Source of the DNA: a virus
IMG/VR virus record: IMGVR_UViG_3300000216_000003
Span: 42,481-106,480 of that record
Strand: one strand, 5' to 3'
Length of the DNA stretch: 64,000 nt
A program made the translations under genes and the position numbers. The stretch's first letter is position 1, and the number at the start of each line of letters is the position of its first letter. Positions 30,642-40,270 of this stretch are shown piece by piece. The notes beneath the pieces are model-generated. The model was not told where the DNA came from. It searched no databases and was given only the letters and a program-made list of their open reading frames with translations.

Positions 30642-30719
30642 ACTCCAGTAGCTTAAAGGTAAAGCCGCCCGCTCATAACGGGCCGAGTGCATACGGTTCG
30701 AGTCCGGCCTGGAGTACCA
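30642..30719 (+). tRNA. tRNA with CAU anticodon (elongator Met or Ile2), atypical T-stem
   Basis: ACTCCAG/CTGGAGT acceptor stem plus ACCA; D stem GCTT/AAGC; anticodon arm GCCCG-CTCATAA-CGGGC; TTCGAGT loop; promoter motif 30623-30634. Confidence 0.9.
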
Positions 30720-30820
30720 TAAATTACCAATGTTGTAATCATTATTAACACTAGTCTTAGACTTCAAAACTCTAAGGCTAGTATTATTTTTATTTTTACA
30801 ATGACTCTAAAAGGAATAAT

Positions 30821-31081
30821 ATGACTCACCCAAATGGACCAGTTTTTTATATAAACACTGAATATGCACTTCCCAATATATTAACTGAACAAGAAAAAAA
30901 AGCATATATTAATATTATATTATTTGCAAAAAAAGATAAAAAGAAATATGATATGTTGACTCTTATTACTCGTGAATGTCGAAATAAAGATAAAAAAGAT
31001 ATGTTAACACTTTTATATTCACATATTAAGAAGAATAAAATCAAAAAACTCATTCTAAAAGATATAAAGGAATTATCATGA
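30821..31081 (+). CDS. Basic hypothetical protein
   Basis: AAGGA SD; internal KDKK..DMLTL repeat. Confidence 0.65.
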   Translation: MTHPNGPVFYINTEYALPNILTEQEKKAYINIILFAKKDKKKYDMLTLITRECRNKDKKDMLTLLYSHIKKNKIKKLILKDIKELS

Positions 31082-31377
31082 GTTACGAAGGTACTGAAGA
31101 AATTCTATGTGAAAATGGACATCATGAAGCATTTGATTGTTATATGGCTCCAAATCTTAATAGTTGGAAATGTGGAGTATGTGGTAAAAAAGCAGTCTGG
31201 TGGAATGCAATCGATGAGACTAATGGCATCGATGAAGATACTGGAGTTTGTCCTGGTACTGTTGAATTAGAATTAGTAAAAGATTCGAATGAACCTCTTA
31301 CAACTTGTCCGACATGTAAATGTAATACATATAAAATTCCAGTTTATAAAATACCAGAATTAGGGAGAAGAGATTGA
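31078..31377 (+). CDS. Zinc-finger protein
   Basis: CENGH, CGVC, CPTC. Confidence 0.7.
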   Translation: MSYEGTEEILCENGHHEAFDCYMAPNLNSWKCGVCGKKAVWWNAIDETNGIDEDTGVCPGTVELELVKDSNEPLTTCPTCKCNTYKIPVYKIPELGRRD

Positions 31378-32006
31378 CATTATCACTATCCAGTAAAATT
31401 GTATCGTCAGAGTTGTTAAAAAATGATAATCCTTCAATTATAGTAAAACCCGAAAGTACTAATCAACTTACAATTATTGAGAGACCTGATTGTTTAGATG
31501 GTAGTACTTATAAACTTAAAACCCCTTTAACTGAACATGCTCATTATATTACAATTAATAATATCGAGATTGAAGGCAAACTTTATCCATTTGAAATATT
31601 TATTAACTCAAAACAAATGTCGGCTCAGGAATACGTAGTCGCACTAACACGGGTTATTTCAAGTGTATTTAGAAATTCTCTTCATTTTAAAGATGGTGCT
31701 ACTTTTCTAGTTGAAGAATTACAGGCTGTATTTAGTCCTGGTGGGGGATACTTAAAACAAGGTAGGAGAGTACCATCTATTATTGCTGAATTTGGAGATG
31801 TTCTTGAAATCCATTTAGAAAAAATCGGATGTGTGCCAAAACCAGAAGAATTGCCTGAATATGTACAAGAAAAACGGAAGCAGGCATTAAACACTCCTGG
31901 AATAATTGCAAATGCCAGTCAGTGTTTAGTTTGTCTGAAGATTGCCGTTGTCCGAATGGATAATTGTGATACTTGTCTGGAGTGTGGTGATGGGAAGTGT
32001 GGTTAA
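31374..32006 (+). CDS. nrdJb: Class II RNR C-terminal subunit NrdJb
   Basis: ERP..L.GSTYKLKTP, PFEIFINSK, ALTRVISSVFR, FLVEELQAVF, C-terminal CxxC...CDTCLECGDGKCG. Confidence 0.9.
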   Translation: MTLSLSSKIVSSELLKNDNPSIIVKPESTNQLTIIERPDCLDGSTYKLKTPLTEHAHYITINNIEIEGKLYPFEIFINSKQMSAQEYVVALTRVISSVFRNSLHFKDGATFLVEELQAVFSPGGGYLKQGRRVPSIIAEFGDVLEIHLEKIGCVPKPEELPEYVQEKRKQALNTPGIIANASQCLVCLKIAVVRMDNCDTCLECGDGKCG

Positions 32007-32117
32007 TAAAACGTATATTAATCCAAATATATTTAAGAGTTCGATAAAATGGCTAACAATTAAACCAAAAGTAAGTTTAACTTGGTATAAGAAAGTAACT
32101 GGGTGTAATTTTTACTA

Positions 32118-32686
32118 ATGGAAATTACTCCAGGTGTATATGTAACAGAGGTAGATAAATCTAGTATAATGCCAATGAGATATACAACACTTACACAAAA
32201 AAGATGTCGGAATTTCATACTTCGTTGTTGTGGAGTTAATTCTGAAGATATTGAAGTACTGCAAGATATATATCGAACAGAGTATGATCTAGACCTTCTA
32301 AAAATGAAGTGGAATACTATTAAACCTCGAATAAGTTATGATTGGTATAACTCTATTAGTGATTCACCAGGCATAATGCCTATGATACTGTCTGGACCCA
32401 TATGATGAGAACTAGAACATATAGGCCTCAAATGAGGGCTACCCGAAATTTTATCTTATATTATTTAGGTGTCTCTAAACCCAATATAGAAATATTAGAG
32501 GATATATACTTAACTAATTATAAAGACCCTGTAATATTAAAAATGAAATGGAATACTGTTAAAAACGCTCCCTCATATAAGTGGTTTGGGTATATGTGTT
32601 GGGAATTTGGACCACAGAGAGTAAATTTAGTCAGTATGGATCTTGGATTTATAGAAGCTTGTCAAAGGGAAGATGATGAAAAATAA
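32118..32686 (+). other. Paralog pair (32118-32405, 32402-32686)
   Basis: Shared RNFIL...GV....IE.L.DIY.T.Y....LKMKWNT.K...SY.W. Confidence 0.7.
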
Positions 32687-32861
32687 AAGGTTAGATTCTT
32701 ATAGAATCATAGATATTGAACTTTCGAATTGTTGTAGTAATTGTAATAATTATATGCTAGCAATGACTCTTGATTATGTGTGTGTTGTAGAACCACCTAC
32801 AACTCCTATTGTTAAATGGAATGGATTATGCGAATTTTATACTTCAATGAGGGATGAATGA
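32673..32861 (+). CDS. Small Cys-rich protein
   Basis: CCSNC...C...C. Confidence 0.55.
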   Translation: MMKNKRLDSYRIIDIELSNCCSNCNNYMLAMTLDYVCVVEPPTTPIVKWNGLCEFYTSMRDE

Positions 32862-33982
32862 ATCTTCTTAAAAGAGAAGTAGATAATAGTGAATCAAATA
32901 TATTAGGATATAGAAAATACCAATATGAATTAATTCCTGATTTCTTTAATATATGCTTTCAGTATATGGAAACTATGGGATTCAAATTCGATAGAAGCCA
33001 AATAAAATATGATATTATAGATGATTATGCATATTATAGTCAGAATCATTATTCTGTTAAAGTTGTAAAAATTTACTTACAAAAAACAGATCCTACTCCA
33101 TTTCTACATATTACAATTCCAACACTATTACATGATACATTCTTTAAGATGAATGGTTGTTTCTATGTGCCAGCATTTTATGTTGCAGACTTTCCAATTA
33201 CAATCAAGAAAAATTCATATAAAGTTGAATCATTATTTAAACCACTAACAATCTATTCTAAAGATGGTCGTATTATCTTCCTGGGATCGAATATTCCAGT
33301 TTCTAGATTCTTAAGACTATACTATCCAGATGCGGAAGTACGAGATATAGTTAGTGATACATTTAATACTGGATACATAGAAGAAGATTTCGACACTGTT
33401 CGTAGAAATATTGCAAGTATTATTGGTACCTCTGATAATTTAACTGATATTACTACTAGAATCGATGATTTATTCTTTGATAATTGGACTCGTGAACTAT
33501 ACCAGACTTGTTATAAATTAGAGAATCCATCAATAAAAAATATACTTGACTTAATTATCAAACGTAAAGTTAAAAGAAATTCTTTTATTGACTTAGATCA
33601 TAAAAGAATTGTATTTATTGAGTGGTTGATGAAGCCATTATTTGAAGCAGTATCTAAAGCTGTTAATGGTCTAGTTGCAGGGACTCAGCCGAAGAACATT
33701 AACATTGAAGTTGGTGCTATCACAAATCACTTCTTTAGTAAAACAGGACTAGGTAGAAATTTCTTCTATGACACCACTAATGGATTTAGTAGTCTACTTG
33801 CTATGAAAGCATCATTTAAAAATCCAGGGGGTAAAAGTGAACTTCCAGCGGAAGTATCTAATATTCATAAGTCGCATAAAGGTAGAGTATGTCCAGTGAC
33901 TATTAGTAATGCCGCTCCTGGGCAAGTTGTATCATTAGTACCTAACCAAAATATCAATCTTAAATTTGGAATATTCCAATGA
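32858..33982 (+). CDS. rpoB: RNA polymerase beta-like subunit, N-terminal part
   Basis: IP....FFKMNG, DLDHKRI, EVSNIHKSHKGRVCP (cf. EVRDVHPTHYGRVCP), GQVVSL. Confidence 0.85.
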   Translation: MNLLKREVDNSESNILGYRKYQYELIPDFFNICFQYMETMGFKFDRSQIKYDIIDDYAYYSQNHYSVKVVKIYLQKTDPTPFLHITIPTLLHDTFFKMNGCFYVPAFYVADFPITIKKNSYKVESLFKPLTIYSKDGRIIFLGSNIPVSRFLRLYYPDAEVRDIVSDTFNTGYIEEDFDTVRRNIASIIGTSDNLTDITTRIDDLFFDNWTRELYQTCYKLENPSIKNILDLIIKRKVKRNSFIDLDHKRIVFIEWLMKPLFEAVSKAVNGLVAGTQPKNINIEVGAITNHFFSKTGLGRNFFYDTTNGFSSLLAMKASFKNPGGKSELPAEVSNIHKSHKGRVCPVTISNAAPGQVVSLVPNQNINLKFGIFQ

Positions 33983-34287
33983 AAAAATGGATATATTTAG
34001 TATTAGTATTATTTATTCCTGCATGTAGTTGTAGTGTAAATGTTAATCATGATGATGAATTAGAATTAGAGAAAGAAGATCTCCCGATTTTTAGGATGGA
34101 TAAAAACATGATAATAAAAACTAATACTGGGAATTGTTACGAAGTAGTATATGGATATATAAGCCATAATAATCATGGATATAAAATTTCAGGAATGTCT
34201 ATGATTAATTGCAGATACTATGATGCTCAACAGGAGAAGAGTAATGAGAAAAAGACTGATGTTATTGATGATATTGTTATTCGTTAG
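33979..34287 (+). CDS. Putative lipoprotein
   Basis: MKKWIYLVLVLFIPAC signal with lipobox-like Cys. Confidence 0.65.
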   Translation: MKKWIYLVLVLFIPACSCSVNVNHDDELELEKEDLPIFRMDKNMIIKTNTGNCYEVVYGYISHNNHGYKISGMSMINCRYYDAQQEKSNEKKTDVIDDIVIR

Positions 34288-34334
34288 TGGAATTGATTGT
34301 AATTTTTATAAAGGTATTGATTAGATAACAAAAA

Positions 34335-35414
34335 ATGAGAATTATATATAAATTTATAAATAGAATAAATGGCAAACAATATATAGGGAAAACAATCGGA
34401 TCTGTTGAAAAACGGAAACAAAGACATATGGAAGATGTTAATAATGGATCTGATTGTATTTTCCATAGAGCCATTCGTAAATATGGTATAGATAATTTCG
34501 ACTTTAAAATTTATGACTATACAGGATTAGTAACGGAAAAAGAATTATTAGAGATAGAACAAGATGAAATATTAAGATTCCGTACTTATGTTAATTTTGA
34601 AGATAGTAATGGATATAATATGACTCTTGGTGGAGAAGGTTCTTCTGGTGCAAATACAAAACAAGTTAAACAATATGATTTAAAGACCGGTAAAATAATT
34701 AAAATATTTAAATCGATAACAGAAGCATCTATAGAAACTAATAATAACAGAGTTAATATATCTGCTTGTTGTAGAAATCCAGAAGACTTTAAATCATGTG
34801 GTGGATATGGGTGGTGTTTTATTGATGATGCCCCACCCATATATACTAATTTATGTTTAACAAAAGTTAAACAGTATGATTTAAAAACATTAGAAGTAAT
34901 TAAAGTATGGGATTCTATTATCGAAGCAAGAGATCTTTTAAAGATTACTAATATTTCATCATGTGTCAATGGACAAATTAAATCGGCCGGTGGATTTGGA
35001 TGGTGTCATATTAATGACTCCCCTATAATATATAGTAATAATAAAATAAGAAAAATTAAGCAGTACAATTTAAAAACATTAGAAGTAATTAAAGTATGGG
35101 ATTCAATGACCCAGATAGAAGATATCTTAAAAATACCAGTATCTAATATATCAAATATTTGTAATAATAAAAGAAAATCAAGCAGAGGGTTTGGCTTTTG
35201 TTTTGATACAGAAACCCCGGTTAAATTATCTAGAAGAACAACAAATAAGCCTATTAATCAAATAGATTTAAAAACTGGAAAAATAATTAAAACATGGTGT
35301 TCACAAACTAAAGCTAAAAAAGAACTAAATATATCAACAATTACGAATTGTTTAACAAAAAAAATTAAAACAGCCGGCGGGTTTAAATGGGAATACTTAA
35401 ATAAGGAAGAATAA
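34335..35414 (+). CDS. Free-standing GIY-YIG homing endonuclease with NUMOD1-like repeats
   Basis: IIYKF.NRINGKQYIGKT, GYNMTLGGEG; four (V/I).Q.(D/N)LKT..IK...S...GG(F/Y).W repeats. Confidence 0.9.
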   Translation: MRIIYKFINRINGKQYIGKTIGSVEKRKQRHMEDVNNGSDCIFHRAIRKYGIDNFDFKIYDYTGLVTEKELLEIEQDEILRFRTYVNFEDSNGYNMTLGGEGSSGANTKQVKQYDLKTGKIIKIFKSITEASIETNNNRVNISACCRNPEDFKSCGGYGWCFIDDAPPIYTNLCLTKVKQYDLKTLEVIKVWDSIIEARDLLKITNISSCVNGQIKSAGGFGWCHINDSPIIYSNNKIRKIKQYNLKTLEVIKVWDSMTQIEDILKIPVSNISNICNNKRKSSRGFGFCFDTETPVKLSRRTTNKPINQIDLKTGKIIKTWCSQTKAKKELNISTITNCLTKKIKTAGGFKWEYLNKEE

Positions 35415-37331
35415 ATGATTATATCATCTGCACTTTCATCAATTCCATTAATATCATTAACGGATTCAACTAGACTACAGATGTCTTCTAAACAACTAGG
35501 GCAATGTGTTACACATGTTAATTGTCGCCGACCATATGTAATTGGAGATGATTGGAAATATTTATCTCATAGTACAGCTATGTCTAAAAAAGTAGCCGGT
35601 GTGTCTGGAAATATTGTATATACAAATGATGATATTATGGTGGTTGTATTTGATAATAAACCAGATCTTAAAATAGAAGTATTTGAAATACCAACTGTAA
35701 TGTCTACTGCTTTTAGTTTTGGAAGTAAACTTAGATATAAAAGAGATCCAGGAGAATTTGAAAAAGGGGATTTACTTTTCGAATATGATAATTTCATCGA
35801 AAATACCCCCTGCTACGGATATAATGTGAATGTTGCTTTCATGCCTTGGATGGGATTTAACTATGAAGATGCCGTGGTTATCAGTGAAAGTCTAAGTCAT
35901 CTTTGTCGCTCTCTAAAGAAAGAAACGATAACAATTCCTATATATAGTCATACATTATTAAAAAGTCTATATAAAGATAGTAAATACCAATTCATACCTG
36001 AAGTTGGGCAAGAGATAAATAAACGAATATTATCAACTGAATACATTCCAAGAAGTTCAAATAAAAAACAAGTTCTTCAATCATTAAACTTAGTAGATTT
36101 CAGTTTGATTGGAGATAATGACTTCCAGTTTAATAGTCAACACATACTATCAAAATTAAACAATGCAAAAATATCTAGAATTAAGGCACATAGAATTAAT
36201 CCCAATATAAAAGCATTAGATCCAAATCTACAAACAATAGTAGATATGTTATGTTCTGAATATAAAATCAATAATGCACAGATATACCAGGATGTTGCTT
36301 CATTACTTGGAAAAGATTATGCTAAGAAACTAATCAGTAACCATTATATAATGTTGAAACCATCTATAAAGACAAATGATTTAATTGCAGTATTGGAGAT
36401 TGATTTAATCAAAGATAGTGCAACTGAAGTAGGAGATAAATTCGCTAATCGCTTTGCAAATAAAGGTGTTGTATCTTTAATAATACCAGATGAGTTACGA
36501 CCATTGGATAATTCTGGTAACCCCATTGATATGATACTTAGTCCGCTCTCAGTATTCAGTAGAATGAACTTAGGACAACTACTAGAAGGTCTCATAGGAA
36601 AAGCAATACGAAAGGCAGAAGAACAAATTAAGAATGGCGATGTTTTCGCCCCTCTTGAAAATATTGCTAAATTATCAGACGCTATTGGTACGACTAAATA
36701 TAGTATTGAAATAAGAGAATTACTAGAAACTGTTAAAACCAATCAACAACTATTAGATAAATTTATTAGATCTGTAGAGATTGGTGGGTTATACTTTGAA
36801 GTACCAGGATTTACTAATTTTGATACTAAAGAAATTTACGATACTGTTAAAGAGTTGTTTGATGTTACTCCTAATGATAATATAACAGCATCCAAAGAAC
36901 TTCTTACATATATGAGAACAAAATTACAATTAGAAAATGATATTGCATTACCAACTAAAGATGTAATATATAAAGATATTTTCAATGCTCCAATATATAC
37001 ACTTAAACTTATGCAGTTATCAGAAAGTAAGTTAAATGCTAGAGACTGGGGAGAATATAGTGCTAGTAGCAAAACCCCTACTATTAAAGGTAAAAGTAGT
37101 ATTGGTAAAGCATCTAGAATTGGCAATATGGAATTCGACGCACTACTTGGTCATGATGCTATACAAGCAGTTAAAGAGATTAGAACTGTAAAGTCTGATG
37201 CGTTACATCTGAAATCAGACTTAGTTAATCAAATGCTTAATACTGGAACCTATAATTTACCAAATGATAAATCTAAATCATATACCAAAACCATCATTGA
37301 TAGTTTAATGGTATTTATAAACGAAAACTAA
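35415..37331 (+). CDS. rpoB: RNA polymerase beta-like subunit, C-terminal part
   Basis: D..RLQMSSKQ..Q, GYNVNVAFMPWMGFNYEDA, GDKFANRFANKGVVS, SRMNLGQ, Y.LKL, RIGNME. Confidence 0.95.
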   Translation: MIISSALSSIPLISLTDSTRLQMSSKQLGQCVTHVNCRRPYVIGDDWKYLSHSTAMSKKVAGVSGNIVYTNDDIMVVVFDNKPDLKIEVFEIPTVMSTAFSFGSKLRYKRDPGEFEKGDLLFEYDNFIENTPCYGYNVNVAFMPWMGFNYEDAVVISESLSHLCRSLKKETITIPIYSHTLLKSLYKDSKYQFIPEVGQEINKRILSTEYIPRSSNKKQVLQSLNLVDFSLIGDNDFQFNSQHILSKLNNAKISRIKAHRINPNIKALDPNLQTIVDMLCSEYKINNAQIYQDVASLLGKDYAKKLISNHYIMLKPSIKTNDLIAVLEIDLIKDSATEVGDKFANRFANKGVVSLIIPDELRPLDNSGNPIDMILSPLSVFSRMNLGQLLEGLIGKAIRKAEEQIKNGDVFAPLENIAKLSDAIGTTKYSIEIRELLETVKTNQQLLDKFIRSVEIGGLYFEVPGFTNFDTKEIYDTVKELFDVTPNDNITASKELLTYMRTKLQLENDIALPTKDVIYKDIFNAPIYTLKLMQLSESKLNARDWGEYSASSKTPTIKGKSSIGKASRIGNMEFDALLGHDAIQAVKEIRTVKSDALHLKSDLVNQMLNTGTYNLPNDKSKSYTKTIIDSLMVFINEN

Positions 37332-37336
37332 TAAGT

Positions 37337-37372
37337 GGGAGGAGTGTAAAAACTCCTCTCCCTTTTATTTCT
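37337..37372 (+). terminator. Intrinsic terminator
   Basis: gggaggagt...actcctctccc followed by a T-run. Confidence 0.7.
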
Positions 37373-37411
37373 TTTTATATATAGATATAATATGATTTAA
37401 TACTAAAGGAG

Positions 37412-38166
37412 ATGATGATGTTATTTGAACTAGAAAGATCTATTGCTCGAGATTTAAAAGAAAATCCGGATGATTGGGTATTTGATAATGAAGAAACTGG
37501 TGAAGGTGGATGTATAGATATTCAATATAGGCCACATTCAATATATAATAAAAATAAAGATATGTATGTATGGATATGTAACGGATTCTTTTTTTACTGT
37601 ATATCTGCACTGGGTGGGAAGACAGTGCAAAGATTCTCATTAATTGGAAAACTAATTTTTGCAATAGCTTATTTTAAATGGCAAAGTAAGAGAACTATAA
37701 CATATAAATATCTTATAAAATTATATAAAAACCACTATGCTGTAAGTAAAGATGATCTATTAACTAGATTTAAATAGGGGTTGATATAATGTCTACTCGA
37801 TTACGACAAGAACTTATAACTCAAATTGAAAGATTCAAAGAACATAATAATACAAATTATTACGGTAGTGGACCCGCTTATTTTGATCTTATATCTAAAC
37901 CTAAAAAAAATATTTTTATTAATATAAGTAGACGGGCTGAAAATATAAATATTAATGGAATATATTACAATACGTATGTTGACATTCTTTATACTATTGT
38001 GTTTTGTAGTAGCCGCAAAACAAAAATATTTGAAACTAAAGACTTTAATAAATTATGTAATAAGCTAGCCCGTCATAAATTAACAACCCTTGTTACTGAT
38101 GATTTTAGACGGCAATCAAATCGAATTGAAGCTGAAATCATATATAATAAACTAAAAGAGGTGTAA
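37412..38166 (+). other. Two hypothetical genes (37412-37777, 37789-38166)
   Basis: Follow promoter 37380; the second ends IIYNKLKEV. Confidence 0.65.
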
Positions 38167-39959
38167 TGAATAAAGAACAGCTGCAGGAGGCTATTAAATA
38201 TCATAATAGATTATACTGGGAAGATAACAACCCAGAAATAACAGATATTGAATATGATTCCTTAATAAACCAATTAAAAAGTATCGATCCAACTAATTAT
38301 TTAGTAGTAGATGTTGATGGACCTATTGCGGTAGGAGACACTATTAAACACCCTAAAATGATGCTATCTCTTGATAAAGCATTTAGTCTAGAAGAGATAC
38401 TTAAATGGGGGAGTAAAATTATTAGGTCTCCAAAAGAAAAATTTAGTCTTTCTCCAAAGTTCGATGGTATTGCTAGTACATATTATCATAAGAAACAATT
38501 ATTAGTCACTAGAGGTAGAGATGGATTACATGGAGAGAATGTAACTCATAAATTACCACTTATTGATCTTGAATCAGATCAAGATGCTGCTTCTACTGAT
38601 ATAATTGGAGAAGTATTAGTAAAAAAATCTGAATTTAAAAATACTAAAGCAACCCGCAAGAGCGGTGAACCATTTAAAACTGAACGGAATATGGCAGCAG
38701 GTATAATGACTCCTGCTAGAAAAGATACAGCAGAATTAATTGGTATTGTAAAATTAACAATGGTTGATTATAAGAAGTTTGAAATATCAACGGAATATCA
38801 ATATTTAGAGAAGAATTGGGAAACTATAGTTGAGCGATTTAAAGACTCTGATTATCCTTTAGATGGGGTAGTTATTCGAGTTACAGATGAACAGTATCAT
38901 GAATCTCTTGGAGTCACATCCCATCATCCTCGAGGATCGATTGCTTTTAAATTTAATGATAATAGTAAACGTACTATTGTTAGAGATATTAAATGGCAAG
39001 TTGGACGAACTAGAAAACTAACACCTGTAGCCGTTATAGATCCTATTGTTGTTAATGGAGTTACTATTGAAAGTCCAACTTTACATAATGCTAAACGAGT
39101 CATCGACTTTAATCTCCATATTGGAGATATTGCATATGTATCAAGACATGGTGATGTTATTCCACATGTTGATAGTATAGAACCGGGAGATAATAGGGTT
39201 CCAATTAAGATTGATAATTGTCCTAACTGCGATGGCGCTTTAGACTATCAAGAGCCAGAATTATACTGCTTGAATTTAGATTGTGGTGGCTCTCTCGTAC
39301 GACAACTAGTACATGCAGTAAAGACAGTTTCTATAGAAGAACTAGGCGAACCTACAATTCAGAAGATGGTAGATGACTTAGAAGTTAAATCATTAGCAGA
39401 TATACTATCATTAGAATATGAGGATATATTAACCCTTGACGGCTTTGCTGAGACATCTGCCAATACATTATATGATAATATTCAGTTAGTTATTAAGAAA
39501 GTGGAAGATTGGAAGATTTTGGCAAGTTTAAATATTAAAGGTATAGGTAAGACTTTAGCTAAACAATTATTCTCTAAAATGACGTTTAGTGAATTGACAA
39601 ATTTATCTCTTGAAGAATTAGAAATGCAACCAAACTTTAGTTTTGAAAGAAGTTATACCTTAATTAAAGGGTTAGAAGAAAATTCTGAACTAATCGGTGA
39701 ACTATATGGATTGATGAGTGTAGTTAATACTAAATTAACAGCAGCCGATACTAGAAAAACTATATGTTTTAGTGGAAGTCTTCCTCAAAAGAAGTCATTC
39801 TATAAATCAATCGCCGATACTAAAGGATTGAATGTAGTAGCTAGTGTGACAAGTAAATTAACGTACTTAGTATCATCTGGTGAACAAACCTCTAAATTGG
39901 ATAAAGCTCAGAAGAGAGGCATTCCAATTCTAACAATTGAAGAATTTCTAGAATTGTAA
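38166..39959 (+). CDS. ligA: NAD+-dependent DNA ligase
   Basis: YHNRLYW..NPEITD.EYD, MLSLDK, KFDG, DGVV, AFKF, zinc finger, HhH, C-terminal BRCT. Confidence 0.96.
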   Translation: MNKEQLQEAIKYHNRLYWEDNNPEITDIEYDSLINQLKSIDPTNYLVVDVDGPIAVGDTIKHPKMMLSLDKAFSLEEILKWGSKIIRSPKEKFSLSPKFDGIASTYYHKKQLLVTRGRDGLHGENVTHKLPLIDLESDQDAASTDIIGEVLVKKSEFKNTKATRKSGEPFKTERNMAAGIMTPARKDTAELIGIVKLTMVDYKKFEISTEYQYLEKNWETIVERFKDSDYPLDGVVIRVTDEQYHESLGVTSHHPRGSIAFKFNDNSKRTIVRDIKWQVGRTRKLTPVAVIDPIVVNGVTIESPTLHNAKRVIDFNLHIGDIAYVSRHGDVIPHVDSIEPGDNRVPIKIDNCPNCDGALDYQEPELYCLNLDCGGSLVRQLVHAVKTVSIEELGEPTIQKMVDDLEVKSLADILSLEYEDILTLDGFAETSANTLYDNIQLVIKKVEDWKILASLNIKGIGKTLAKQLFSKMTFSELTNLSLEELEMQPNFSFERSYTLIKGLEENSELIGELYGLMSVVNTKLTAADTRKTICFSGSLPQKKSFYKSIADTKGLNVVASVTSKLTYLVSSGEQTSKLDKAQKRGIPILTIEEFLEL

Positions 39960-40204
39960 TGAATATAATACATGAATATAAAGAAAGTATTAGATCATAT
40001 ATAACTAATATAACTAAAGATGGTGGCTATTGTGGTGGAATGGAATCATATGTGATTGTCTATATTAAAAATAATAAAGATGAAATTATATATGAAACAG
40101 ATGGGTCAACACTTAAAGAAGCTTATCAAAAAGCACTAAACTTATACGGTTTGCCTCCTAAAATTAAACATAAATTACAAAAACTTATTTTAAATATTAT
40201 TTAA
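39959..40204 (+). CDS. Hypothetical protein
   Basis: Coupled ORF; tail KHKLQKLILNII. Confidence 0.65.
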   Translation: MNIIHEYKESIRSYITNITKDGGYCGGMESYVIVYIKNNKDEIIYETDGSTLKEAYQKALNLYGLPPKIKHKLQKLILNII

Positions 40205-40270
40205 TAATGCAAACCGAAAACTTTTAAGCATGGCTTAACCGCCATGTTTTATTTATTAAGGAAATAACAA

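Noticed and set aside
30582-30767. Minus-strand 61-aa ORF
   Set aside because: Antisense shadow of the tRNA
34660-35400. Regularly spaced DNA repeats (e.g. ttaaaaacattagaagtaattaaagtatgggattc) resembling a CRISPR array
   Set aside because: They are in-frame NUMOD1-like coding repeats of the GIY-YIG gene; no cas genes in the window
19394-37331. Bacterial chromosome rpoBC locus
   Set aside because: Subunits are short, split, duplicated and dispersed among phage-type genes, with no ribosomal protein context
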